64,000 bases of DNA from Lepidodermella squamata. Its lineage: Eukaryota; Animalia; Gastrotricha. The position numbers were made by a program, and so were the translations under genes. Under the pieces are notes generated by a model. The model was given only the letters and a program-made list of their open reading frames with translations, was not told the origin of the DNA and searched no databases. How positions within the stretch are numbered: the first letter of the stretch is position 1; every line of letters starts with the position of its first letter. This document shows positions 47,381 through 58,556 of the stretch, one piece after another. Location of the stretch: assembly GCA_047495785.1 (NCBI GenBank), contig JBLDXI010000014.1:310001-374000 (forward strand). Reading direction: 5' to 3'.

Positions 47381-49509
47381 TCTCCGAAAATTCGTGGATA
47401 GCAATCGGGGACGGCGCCCGATTCAAGTTCAGCCGCGGACAAGTAATCACCTATAAAGGAAGTAAACAAATAAGGTTGTATCACAGTTAGGTCGAATCAA
47501 TTTGTCAGTTCATTAATCCGGCTAGTGATATGCCATCACTTTATTCACCCTTATAGCAACAAACTTAGATGGAGAGTGTTTACAAAAACTTTGCTGCTTT
47601 TTATCAGCCGAGGCATCCGAAATTAAACTTAGCTTAGTTGTTTGTTTTACGAAGCTCAGGCGCTCTATATGTAAAAGAAATTAAGGTAAACAATACATGA
47701 TGTGCCTAGCATTTTTTAAATTAGCCGCACTTATTCAACGGATGCCCAGCGTATAGGTGCGCGAGCTGTAAAAAAATTAACAAAAAAATAAATAATTACA
47801 GCGCGCTAATTTTCGACACGTGTAGTGCCAGTTAGAATAAAAAACGAGTGATATCTTACAGCAATTCCTTGCGAAGTGAATTATGAAACCGGCTTCGCAT
47901 TTTTTTTTAACATTTTCAAACAAATTGCTAGATGCAAGATTAAGATTAAACACGTATCATTAAGTCTACTTTCTACCTCGAGGCAATGATGCGCGGGGCG
48001 GTATGCTCCTGTCTTCTAAATTTAATTATTCCGGCAAACGTTTTTTTTGCCGAAATATGGCATATATTTGACTAGCCTTAAAAAAACTGCAGGCTTGTTT
48101 GCGGCCATTTTGTTTTCGAAAAGTTAACGCGCGTGGCAGAGGCGTGAAAGCGGCTCGTATACAACTTGCCACGATTATTAGGCTTGGCGTCAATTTCACA
48201 TAATATTTTAACATAAAGGCCATGCACCCACTGCCGGCATCTGTTCCTCATCCATCACGTATAGATTATGAGCAGGGAGTCATCTTTTGAACCTTGCTCT
48301 TTAGTATAATTGCTGTTTATCTAACTGCATGAAAGGCAACTCTAAAGAAGCTTTTTCTTAAAGGTTAAATAAGCTTAATTTTTAAGTGTCAGTTGGACTT
48401 GAATTAGAGTAAGCCAGATTTGCCAGATCGACCAGGCGAGCTAACCTCGATCCTTAGTTGACAGTTAGCCATCGAATTAAACTGGTATTAAAATGGATTC
48501 TGCTAATGACAATTTAATATAGGTCAGTTATAAGCACAGATAAAAAAGATGAGCGCATCAATAAAGCCCATAATATAATATCAACCCGCTATAAAAAGAG
48601 ATCGCCGAAAAAAGATGCCATGAGCCATGATGCTGTTGACAAGTTTCTCGTCTTCTTACACCTGAAGATATGCGCATCATTTTTTGTCCAAAAAATTGCT
48701 TCCAAATATCTGAGAAGAGGTTTTTTCAATTAATTCGCCCTTGACGCTGCTAAATAAAAAAGGTCTCACCTCAAGGTGTTAAGTCTGAAAATTATGATTT
48801 TTTACATATTGAATCACACGCTCCTTTACACTCGAATACGCGCTTCGAAAATGGTAATTAATGGGCCAGCATAATTTAAGATAAAAAACGGTAATTTCCT
48901 ACTTTTTCGGATGAAGTCAATCACCAAAAGTGGAATTTAATGGCACGATGTAGCACGTGGTAGAAGCGAAAATGCGGGATGGATAAATTTTGTTGCGGTA
49001 CTGACGATGGATGCTCGATATAGATGCTACTTTCAATTAATAATATTATCAGCAAAGAAGTAATGTTTTGAACAACGCGTCGCAGCCCAGGTATTTCAGG
49101 CCAGAGTTTATTGCCATCATTATTCTGCTAGCCGGAATGAGAAAGAAGCATTCTGCCGCACTTCATAGCCATTTGCGATTTTCTTCATGTAAACTGTTTT
49201 GGCAACAAGCATCACGTGAGAGAATTGCTATCTGCAATATTGAGAGTATATACCTTTTACACGTTGGTAGATTTGTCACCTTTCTAAGACTATAAAACTG
49301 CCCACTCGCTCATGGAGTTTAAACAGAAATTCGGCAGGCGGCCTGCGTGAGCAGAGGCCGTTTTTTCTGCCGCACCAACTTTGAAGGCGGCGTCAGCATT
49401 CATCGCACTCATCCACACTGATGTTGTGTTCACCTATTAAACTCGAGCGAAGAAGCCTCGAGCAATTTTCAATTAAAATTTTCATTATTTATTAATTTTT
49501 TTTTATATG

Positions 49510-50040
49510 TCATCTCTTGGATAAAGTTCGAAAGAGCAACACTGCTGTTGGTAGAGCAAGGTAAGCTATTAAGGAATTGTGCTTGACAAGCGGAGCGGCG
49601 TTACAGAAGTCTACCGTGGAACAAAAATAGGCCTGAAAGTCGCATAAAGATTAATTATAATTGATGCTGGTTCAACTCTTACTGTTTTCGTGCTGTTGTA
49701 AACTATCATCGGCGTTAAGAAGTAGATGCTGTCCTCGCAGCCTCTGAAAGGAAATTTTAACTCAACATTTAAATGAACATCGATTCTACCTGATATATAA
49801 TTTAGAACCTGTAGAGTCACTTTGAATCACTTTCGAGCAGGCTTTGCAGTTATAAGCCCACGCTGAATTGGCGGGATTATCCGAGTTGTAGGAAACTCCG
49901 ACCAGACATGTCACCACCGCAGCTGTAAAATTCGTTGAATTGAACTCTGAGAACGGGTATCAACCTGAAGTCTCACCGTCAATCACCGGTAAACACAATG
50001 TTAATGCATAGAATATTTGAAATGTTCGCCATTCGTGCAT
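49510..50040 (-). CDS. Ly6/uPAR (three-finger)-like GPI-anchored protein, 6-Cys form (not in the ORF track)
   Basis: Four exons give MHEWRTFQIFYALTLCLPVIDAAVVTCLVGVSYNSDNPANSAWAYNCKACSKVIQSDSTGSKLYIRGCEDSIYFLTPMIVYNSTKTAYFCSTVDFCNAAPLVKHNSLIAYLALPTAVLLFRTLSKR*. Signal peptide, C…CN motif and hydrophobic tail. Confidence 0.75.
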
Positions 50041-50335
50041 AGCAAAAATTACATCGATACAGGCGTAAAAGATGAGCAGTGCTTGGCTGTGAAGCTGAAA
50101 CACAACTGACGAGAGAGAGAGCATTAGCACAGCCCGCGCACGCCAGTTAACAACTTTTACTATCAAGAAGAACATGAACACATTTTAGTCGTGAAATTAA
50201 TTGACTCGGTTGACAAGTGCTCATCTTAACTGTCATCACTATTGTTTAATTCTTTCTTCTCGAGGCGAAAACGATGCTGCAGTGAATTATTTTCACTGAA
50301 TCATTAACGTTATACGCTTCCCGAAACGCAGCAGC

Positions 50336-50819
50336 ATGAACCAGTTATCATTCAGTATTCTTGCTACTCTAGTCATCACTCTCCAAACAGGTGGGTAAAC
50401 GGCGCCATGATTTTGCTTTTGAGATTCAAATCTCGTTTGAGCAGTCAAAGTAACCGCGGTGATTAATTGCTACGTGAGCAGCAGTCTAAACAACAACCTA
50501 CCAGGATCAATAACGTCTGGAAGCTGCGCAGCTTGCCTGAAGCAAATGTTGGCTATTTCGTTGCTTCCATTTCATATTTGATATGACTTTTATTTCCTTG
50601 TGTTCTAGAGACATCTACAACAGCAGCTATATCGCCTACTACAGGCGATGCTTAAGCGATGCCAGCAAGTCTTCAGACTGCACAAGAAGCGGCATTTCCA
50701 CCTTCTGCTATTGCGATACCGAGTTATGCAATTCAGCAGTGACTAACCATCTTATAGAGATGTTTATTCTTAAATTATTAACTTGTATCTTTGTTGCAGT
50801 TCTTATCTGTAGATATTGA
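50336..50819 (+). CDS. Ly6/uPAR (three-finger)-like GPI-anchored protein, 8-Cys form
   Basis: Three exons: MNQLSFSILATLVITLQTVKVTAVINCYV…SCAACLK…YRRC…DC…FCYCDTELCNSA followed by a hydrophobic GPI-type tail. Confidence 0.82.
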
Positions 50820-50894
50820 TTGCTCATCGGATTTGAATAAAAATTTGATAGAAAATTAACACCGGAAATCTTATAGATTTGATGTTTCATTGTT

Positions 50895-52475
50895 TTAGCC
50901 TGACAAAGCCTGACCAGCCTTTCTCTCAGCCATCTGAGCCAAGAAAAGACTCTGAGGCTGAACACTGTTGCCATGCTGTTCCCAGCTTCGGCTCAGCTCG
51001 GCCCCTCCAACTGCCCACGAAAAGTCAGGCTGTTTCCGAGTGCCGACGTGGCCGATCGCGAAGTTCCAATCCGTGATTGGACTCTGCAACTGAAGCGTGC
51101 CACGAGTGTTCCAAGCGACGAAATTCGCCCCAGTCCAGCCATGACCGCTGCCGTAGTACAACCGATTTTCGATGGAAATCGACCCCTTGCAGTTGTCGTA
51201 TAAACCAGCAACACTCCATCGATGATGAGGCTCACTGCTAGCGAATTCATTCACAGATTCGCAGTTGTAGAAAACAGTTGGACCTGTAGTACGAGCACCC
51301 CAAACAAAAGCATGTCTCGCCCCGGAGGCGAAACAATTTTCGAACAAAACTTCACTCGCCTTCTCAACGTAGTAAGTATAGCGCCGCATTCCTTCAATCT
51401 TAGAAACAGGGTCCGTATGCTTAGCATCTCGAATGGTGACGCGTTTCGTAAAAGACTTGACGTGGACGAAATGATCGAAATATTTGCCGCAAATGCGTCG
51501 CGCAAATGAGTCCAGGGCTCCGTAGAACGTGACCAAATTATCGGCATGATTTTCATCGGCATAGTACCGAGTAGAGTTCTTACTGCTGTAGGGCAGAGTT
51601 ATCGATGGATCGTAGTACGAATAAGAGCACAAGTCTTCAATGCCAACATGATCGACAGCTTTATCGAGGGAATACTTCCGGATGTAACCACCGCCCCATT
51701 TCGGGTCAATCGCCTCGGTCAGTGGGACATCGATGGTGACAGAGTTGGCAGAGACCCCAGTAAGCGTACGTTCATGGCGTGAGTCGAATGGCGTCCAGTC
51801 CACTAGGCCGTCTCTGCGGTCAGCTGGAGCTTGGCTTTTGATTTGATCCATGCCGGTGATTTTAATCCAATCTTCGTTCTTCCTCGCAAAAATGTACACT
51901 TTATCGCCAACTTTAAAATTAGTCGAAGCTCCAGTAACTGGGACTTGCTTAGTGCCGACTTTGATGTAGCCCTCGATTTCCATAACCTTGCCAGAATAGC
52001 GGTGCGCAATGTCGGCATTGCCAGCTTGAATCAAGCTGTAGACAAATTTCCCCGACCCGTATAGCGTTGTATTGCTTTGCCCAGCGCCACGAATTACGAC
52101 CCCAGACACGTTAAGGTAGACGGTCCGGTCGATGATATACTCACCCGCTGAAAGGAGAACAGCGCCTCGAAAGCCATTGCTGTCGACAGGGCTATCCGCG
52201 AGGTCGTAGATAGCTTTCTGAATCTGAGCTACGTCACTTTTGCCGGCACCCAAAGGCCGTAGGGTTGTTTTTGTTGGCACATTAGGAATTTCTTTGTCCC
52301 CATGGTGATAGCCGACGTAGGAAAAATCGACAATTGTATCGCCCTGATCGTTGTAAGGCACGTACAACAACTTTCCATTGCTTTGGAGTCTGACGTAAGA
52401 GCTCTCGTGAACAAGGCTTTGTACAAGCCCAATCAAATTCAAAGCTACAAGCAAGAGTACATTTATTCGCCTCAT
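50895..52475 (-). CDS. Secreted pectate-lyase-superfamily (right-handed beta-helix) protein, microbial type, copy 1; intronless
   Basis: Probable start at 52475 (MRRINVLLLVALNLIGLVQS). Motifs DFSYVGY, DVAQIQKAI, GFRGAVLLSAGEY, SGVVIRGAG (Pectate_lyase_3-like N-terminus), SEPHHRW, GSGHGWTGANFVAWN. Confidence 0.85.
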   Translation of the reverse strand: MRRINVLLLVALNLIGLVQSLVHESSYVRLQSNGKLLYVPYNDQGDTIVDFSYVGYHHGDKEIPNVPTKTTLRPLGAGKSDVAQIQKAIYDLADSPVDSNGFRGAVLLSAGEYIIDRTVYLNVSGVVIRGAGQSNTTLYGSGKFVYSLIQAGNADIAHRYSGKVMEIEGYIKVGTKQVPVTGASTNFKVGDKVYIFARKNEDWIKITGMDQIKSQAPADRRDGLVDWTPFDSRHERTLTGVSANSVTIDVPLTEAIDPKWGGGYIRKYSLDKAVDHVGIEDLCSYSYYDPSITLPYSSKNSTRYYADENHADNLVTFYGALDSFARRICGKYFDHFVHVKSFTKRVTIRDAKHTDPVSKIEGMRRYTYYVEKASEVLFENCFASGARHAFVWGARTTGPTVFYNCESVNEFASSEPHHRWSVAGLYDNCKGSISIENRLYYGSGHGWTGANFVAWNTRGTLQLQSPITDWNFAIGHVGTRKQPDFSWAVGGAELSRSWEQHGNSVQPQSLFLAQMAERKAGQALSG

Positions 52476-53462
52476 TTTTTCAAATGACTGTAAGTTCGGT
52501 ATCATTCCGTTATCATACGTTATCAGTCCGTAGAAAAGGTCGAAGTGTTCACGATAAAATAAAAATAAATTCAAGTCTATAGAAATGTCGAAGTCAATTA
52601 TTGAACTTTACATGGTCTTGAAACTTTTAATTTTATTGTGGCGAGTCATTTGCGGATTAGTGATTAGCGGGTTTGTTCAAATTCGGCTGTCTAATATAAT
52701 TATAGGAGGGCTGTCCACAGGCTGGGTGTGGGCCTGGTTTTGAAAACCCGTACCGATGAAATCCACCCCTATTTGTCCACTAAATTCGACAGGAAGTAAT
52801 CAAGCAATTCAAAGACTTTCAAGTATTTTTCGCTGTTTCACACTTTCGCCTTAAACAGGTGGAGGCGCTGAAGAGTGACGTAGATAGGGCTTTGAAAACT
52901 GACTTCACGAAACGAACTACAGAGTTTATCTTGTTGATAAACTCGTGATTTTGTGGGAGCCTTATCTTGTTTTTTCTTGTATACGGGTCGTGTTTACAGA
53001 CGGGCCTGGTCACGCCACGATTTTTTGAGCCGTGGAAAACCCTGGGTATAGGTAAGTACCTGAGTAAGTGATACCTGCACAAAGCATGATGATGCAGGTA
53101 TGGTAAGGAAGCAAGGTGAATTCGATAGGTTTGGAAAATTGCCTGTGAAAATCTGTGAAACAAGCTGTTGCATTTATTGCGTTCCATTCGTTCTAGTTGT
53201 ACAGAAAAGCCGTAAAAAATGAGTTCAAAGACCAGGACAAGTAAAAAGCACGACACTAGTGGTATAAGCGATAAAAGTCACTTAATTTTATCTTGATTGC
53301 GATTATTAATAACAATAATTGAGAATGTTTTAGACGTCTACCAGGTGACGAAAGTAGTAGTTTGATTTCAAGATTGCTGTTAAACCAGTTCCCAGGGGAC
53401 ATATTGCAGCGAACCAGTTTTACCGGGCCCATGGAGGTCACCGGGTGTTTTCTCAAAGGTTT

Positions 53463-53473
53463 CCTATATAAAG
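53463..53473 (+). promoter_or_regulatory. TATA box of beta-helix gene copy 2
   Basis: CCTATATAAAG lies about 45 nt upstream of ATG 53511. Confidence 0.55.
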
Positions 53474-53510
53474 CCTGTTAATTTATGCAGCAGTGTAAGG
53501 AAGAGAAACT

Positions 53511-55055
53511 ATGCAAATATTGATACTTTCTGCTCTGTGTTTACTCGGCTTCGCTGAAGCTGCAGTTAACAGTAAATACGTCAAGGCAAACACCGATGGA
53601 ACTCTGAAATATACCGCCTACAATAGCCAGGGCGATGTTATCCCCGACTTTTCACAGGTCGGCTATAGAGCTGGAGACCAGGCCATTCCGAATAATGCTC
53701 CGACTAAAATCACTCTGAAGCCGCTCGGAGGCGGGAAAAGCGACGTCGCTCAGATTCAAAATGCCATCAATGAAGTCGGCAAAATGGCGGCTAACAGCGA
53801 CGGCTTCAAAGGCGCTGTTCTACTGTCAGCTGGCGAGTACAAAATCGACAACACTATCTACCTTAAATCGTCTGGAGTAGTGCTGCGAGGAGCTGGTCGC
53901 GACAAAACAATCTTGTACGGAAGTGCGGCTAAAGTTTACGCCCTCATCGAAATCGGCAACAAAAACTCGGCGGTGAAAGATACTGGAAGCGCTGCTGAGC
54001 TCAAGGGCTATATCAAAGTTGGCACGAAAGAAATACCGGTAACAAACGCGGCTAATTTATTCAAAGCTGGCGATTCCATCTCGATTTACGCGCGGAAGAA
54101 CAGCGCTTGGATTAAGAAGCTTGGCATGGATAAGTTGAAAGACCTCGCCCCGGCTGATCGCAAGGATTCGACAACCAACTGGACCCCGTTCGATTCCCGA
54201 ACTGATCGAGTGGTTAGCCAAGTGAAAGCGAACTCCATCGTAATTGATGTCCCATTGGTCGAAGCTATCGATCCGCAGTGGGGCGGTGGTTTCATTAAAA
54301 AATACGAATTGACAGGGAAAGTTTCCAAAATTGGAGTTGAAGATCTTGGCAGCCGGTCCTACTACAACACGGGCGTCAAGGCCACGTACAAGGGCGCGTC
54401 TTATTTCTCAGATGAGAAACATGCTGAACATCTGCTGGTGTTCTATGCTACGTATGATTCCTACGCTCGCCGCTTGTCTGGAAAAAACTTTAACCATTTC
54501 ATCGGAGTCAAAGGCTACTCGAAGCGCATTACGGTCAGCGATTGCGATCACACTGAGCCTGTGTCTAAACTCGAAGGCAGCCGTCGCTATACTTACCACA
54601 TTCATAAGGCTACTCAGGTGCTGTTCGAAAACTGCCGAGCGCAAAAAGCTCGTCACGCCTTCGTCTTGAGCTCGAGAACAACAGGCCCGAATGTGTTCTA
54701 CAACTGCAGATCAACCACTGATTACGCAACTAGCGAGCCGCACGACCGTTGGATCGTTGGCGGTCTCTACGATAACTGCAAGGGACTGTTCGCCATTCAA
54801 AACCGAGGATACATGGGCACTGGTCATGGCTGGGCCGGGGCTAATTTCGTCGCCTGGAATACCGAGGGCGATCTGGCTCTTCACAGCCCCGTGACTGACT
54901 GGAACCACGCGATCGGCCATGTTGGCAACAAGAAGGCGATTGCCTTCCCACAGGCCCCGGGAGGTGCCGATCGTAGCTGGGAGCACTTGGGAACCCACGT
55001 CGAGCCGAAGAGTCTATATCTGGCTCAAAAAACGCATCGCTCTAAGAGCGGTTGA
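53511..55055 (+). CDS. Secreted beta-helix protein, copy 2, head-to-head with copy 1; intronless
   Basis: 514 aa; signal peptide; colinear with copy 1 over its whole length (IPDFSQVGY, GFKGAVLLSAGEY, SEPHDRW, GTGHGWAGANFVAWN); AATAAA at 55133. Confidence 0.88.
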   Translation: MQILILSALCLLGFAEAAVNSKYVKANTDGTLKYTAYNSQGDVIPDFSQVGYRAGDQAIPNNAPTKITLKPLGGGKSDVAQIQNAINEVGKMAANSDGFKGAVLLSAGEYKIDNTIYLKSSGVVLRGAGRDKTILYGSAAKVYALIEIGNKNSAVKDTGSAAELKGYIKVGTKEIPVTNAANLFKAGDSISIYARKNSAWIKKLGMDKLKDLAPADRKDSTTNWTPFDSRTDRVVSQVKANSIVIDVPLVEAIDPQWGGGFIKKYELTGKVSKIGVEDLGSRSYYNTGVKATYKGASYFSDEKHAEHLLVFYATYDSYARRLSGKNFNHFIGVKGYSKRITVSDCDHTEPVSKLEGSRRYTYHIHKATQVLFENCRAQKARHAFVLSSRTTGPNVFYNCRSTTDYATSEPHDRWIVGGLYDNCKGLFAIQNRGYMGTGHGWAGANFVAWNTEGDLALHSPVTDWNHAIGHVGNKKAIAFPQAPGGADRSWEHLGTHVEPKSLYLAQKTHRSKSG

Positions 55056-55191
55056 GCGTCAACATAAAAAACATGAAATCACGCAAGTTACATGTCACAT
55101 GGAATTTTATTATTGCGTGATCATTTATCTTCAATAAAATTTGGCACAACATTTTGAGTGCAGAACTAGCGAAAGCATTTGAATTTATATT

Positions 55192-56487
55192 TTACTCGCA
55201 ACCCCAGGTGTTGCTTCTGGATAGCCTTGGTTTCTTTCCCCAATTGCAGCAGAAGTAGTTGTTGTTTCCTGGCAGGAGGGGTAGGTTGACGGGATCTGCC
55301 GTAGTACCACCGCAAATGTGAGCGTTAGCAGGCGTGGGGACATTGGCAGGCGGGGCGGGTGGTGATCCACCGCTGCTTGTCACTGGTCCGGGAGCTGGTG
55401 CTCCAGACGCTGGGTTACATTTGCCGTCAGTAGGGGTGAAGCCCCAGTTGCAGCAGTTAGGAGTTCCTGGGATAAGAGGCTGGTTAACCGGATCAGGGGA
55501 CACGCCGTTGCAGTTGAAGGCGTTCGGCGGTGGACCAGCAGCTGAGTTGCCGCCGCCGCTCGGGCTTGGAGGCGCGACGCCGGTATCGCATTTAACAGGG
55601 CGGACTTGTGTAATTTCGCAACTTCCCGCCATACCAGCCCCGCTGCATAGCATATTGAATGATTTTGTATCAAGATCGAAATGCGGGTGAGAGTTGCTGG
55701 CACACCAGTCGCACTTCTGCTCCACCACCTTATTTCCACAGCCGAACCCGCCGCATTTGCTATAGCCCAGCTGAGGCAAGGTTCCGGCGCAAGGTATGTT
55801 CGGGTACAGGTTTGGCGAGTCGTAGCATTGTCTCTCGCCGCATTCATGAAAAGACCCTTGATCGTCCGACGAAGTTGAACCATCACAGCGGCAATAACCA
55901 GCGCATCGATCTGTCAAAGCAACTGTCACCTTACCGCCCGGGCCAGTCAGCTCGTAACACAGCCCAGAGGCGTGGGTGAGGCCTAGACCCCATAGAGGGA
56001 CGAATGTTGCCGGATCGACGTGAGCGATTTGCGAATTGCCAATGAGCATCGGCCCGGATGCGGCGATACCGACACAGTTGTTAGACCCATCGCCGCAAAC
56101 TGGCAAGTTTAGAGAAGCTGCCGCTTTCTTAGCCATGCCGTAAATATCACCACCTAGAGCTCCTTGACAACCACCGACAGCTAGCTCGCAGTAGTATGTC
56201 GCGTACGCTTTCGGAATTGTAGCAAGGCCTTGGTAGCCGTTTTTGTATTGACACCGGCCATTTACGCAATCGCCAAGCCTGGGTGGGCAAGTTTCTGGGT
56301 TGCAAAGAACCGGCGGTAGGCAAACTTGGATCGAGCCGCTGATAGTGACCATACTGCCTTGGTTCTGGTAGCCACAAGCCGGCGCCCCGGCAACCTGTGA
56401 AACAATGCCGCCAGGTAGCGTTTGAGCCAATGCAGCTGGAACAGCAAAAATTACGAAACTTGAAATCAGCATTAACTTCATCGTCAT
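55192..56487 (-). CDS. Secreted Cys-rich DPBB (expansin/GH45/barwin-like) protein with two C-terminal Cys repeats; intronless
   Basis: Probable start at 56487 or 56481 (MTMKLMLISSFVIFAVPAALA), with TATAAA at about 56545 on the minus strand. DPBB-type motifs ATYY, GLCYELT, VTVALTDRC and HPHFDL; Pro/Gly linkers; two C-x-G…DPVNxPLxPG…CCNWG repeats. Confidence 0.75.
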   Translation of the reverse strand: MTMKLMLISSFVIFAVPAALAQTLPGGIVSQVAGAPACGYQNQGSMVTISGSIQVCLPPVLCNPETCPPRLGDCVNGRCQYKNGYQGLATIPKAYATYYCELAVGGCQGALGGDIYGMAKKAAASLNLPVCGDGSNNCVGIAASGPMLIGNSQIAHVDPATFVPLWGLGLTHASGLCYELTGPGGKVTVALTDRCAGYCRCDGSTSSDDQGSFHECGERQCYDSPNLYPNIPCAGTLPQLGYSKCGGFGCGNKVVEQKCDWCASNSHPHFDLDTKSFNMLCSGAGMAGSCEITQVRPVKCDTGVAPPSPSGGGNSAAGPPPNAFNCNGVSPDPVNQPLIPGTPNCCNWGFTPTDGKCNPASGAPAPGPVTSSGGSPPAPPANVPTPANAHICGGTTADPVNLPLLPGNNNYFCCNWGKKPRLSRSNTWGCE

Positions 56488-57089
56488 TATTTTGCAGTAA
56501 AAAATGTGCGCAAAGTAGAATGGACAATTGGCCCGGCAATTTATAAAGGCGTACCTGGTCATGCACCTGAGCATGCCCTCATGTCCTCTCACATTGAACA
56601 GTGCTGCGCAGGATTATAGCGAACAACATAAATATTTTGTTGTTTACAAAGCTGATATACATAGCGATGCTCCATGACGCTGCTGTTAAAAAAATTCATG
56701 GGGAAAAGGGAACGAGTATTAAGGTATCTTTCTGCCCATTGTGTTAATCTTTCCATGTTGACTTCAAGTCTTAACATGTGATTAATTTGCACTTACCTGG
56801 GTCAAAAATCGAGCATTGTCAGCTGCGAGGTCAAATAAAAAATGTTACATCCAGTGCTCGGAGCTAAGCGCCAACAATTTCATCAAAGCTTCAAAGCAAA
56901 GAGAAAATTTGAAAGAAAGGAATTTCGAGAAATGATTTACGTCTGGAATCAGAGTGCATCACACACCCAACATGGAAAACTTTTGTTATGAATTTTTCTA
57001 TACTATGAACACTCCTATTTTAGACTCAAGAGAGTTAGTTGGCCATGTCGCTTTTAATAACTGGTTTTTACGATGAAACAATGATGCAA

Positions 57090-57719
57090 CTATTTGTTCT
57101 TTTTGTCAGACTTTTGAGACATTGCATTGACAGCCTCGCGATCAGACATGGAAGTTGCCGACCATTCATCGCCTGTAACATTACTAGACCACCCACTGCT
57201 GCTGCTAGTGCTACTGCTTGCTTTACTGCTCATAGACATACGAGTAGCCATCTCGACCTCCTGCAAACAGCCCGTACACGTTTTCGAAGCTATTTCAGTG
57301 TGATGATGATAGCCGTTCTTCAAAATCCCCGGCCGTTTTATGATCGATGACAACTTAGTATCAGACACAGACGGGTCTATTCGATTGTCAGCGTACGATG
57401 GGTCTTTAATTCTGATCTTCGAATCTGGTGCTGGTTTACAACAGTGGCTGTCCAATATCATGTTGCCTTTCTTGTCGAAACTGATGTCCCAATGGCCTTT
57501 CAGAATGATATCCCATTCACCTGCCGTGACCACCCCAGCGTCGGACGTGTATGATGTCGACCTTCTGGTGTCGTACGACGAGTAGTAGGAGTCGCCGTCG
57601 TCATCGATCATGGGCGAAACTGGGGCCAAGTTTTGATCCGTTGTGCAGCATAGAAATCGCTTGTAATGCTTCGCCCCCTTCTCGGCCTTCTTGCAATGCT
57701 TGCATCTACAAACCGACAT
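57090..57719 (-). CDS. Hypothetical protein (about 209 aa) with Cys clusters and a Ser-rich tail
   Basis: Long ORF. The first ATG lies behind a splice acceptor (…ATTATAG|CGAAAGCATG). No recognisable domain. Confidence 0.55.
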   Translation of the reverse strand: MSVCRCKHCKKAEKGAKHYKRFLCCTTDQNLAPVSPMIDDDGDSYYSSYDTRRSTSYTSDAGVVTAGEWDIILKGHWDISFDKKGNMILDSHCCKPAPDSKIRIKDPSYADNRIDPSVSDTKLSSIIKRPGILKNGYHHHTEIASKTCTGCLQEVEMATRMSMSSKASSSTSSSSGWSSNVTGDEWSATSMSDREAVNAMSQKSDKKNK

Positions 57720-58556
57720 GCTTTCGCTATAATTCAAAAAGAACAAGACCAATCTATGAAGATGAAGTTTGTACAATAGCTTGAGGTGATGCGTAAAACT
57801 ATTGATCTGTTTAATGCAGAGGCTAAGGTGAGAAGTGTTTGGTGCAAACTTAATTACTTTTGGCACCCTTAAACTGTGTTAATTGATCGAGCAGGACGTG
57901 GGTTTTTACTCCTACGTAAGAGTATCTATATAAGTAGGCACAAGGAAGGAAACAAAGCGCTTTTAAATCCGTGTAATAAGTAGAAGAGCGCTTATAATTA
58001 AACAATATAAAATTTAAAATTAGACAACGCTATTTTCATCGTATTTTTCAATTTTTATTTGACGTGCCAGAGCCGTATTTTCCGAACAGGTGAAACGAAC
58101 GCAAAGTTTGGAATTTCCTATATCTCGTGGGAGATACGCCGCATGCTGTTTTATCGAATAATTAATCCGATCAAGCGTTATTTCTCAATAGGCTATTTAA
58201 TATCGATATTAGTCGCATTTCAGGTAGGATTGGCGACGAAGCTTCCTCACTCGCTCAGTTTCCACACATAGGAAGACACAGATGGCCTTTCGATGACCAT
58301 TGAGGAGGCTCTGTGTAATTAAACCAGGGAAATGCTAACAGATTAGCTGTGAATGAATCTCATGTAATGCTGCGAAATTTGTCGATAAATCGAAGCGCTA
58401 AGTGGGTGGCAATATTGATCGGAAATGACAAGGTAAATAGAGAGAAAGTACAGAAAGTCACTCGATTTTAAATCGAAACAGCGAACTGCAGCCGCTGTTA
58501 GATTCACGCCCGTTAGAAGTAACTTTACATTCAAATAATAAGACAGTACCGCAAAA

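Noticed and set aside
50895-56592. Bacterial contamination or prokaryotic operon
   Set aside because: Divergent and convergent gene layout, TATA and AATAAA signals, and intron-containing genes on both sides.
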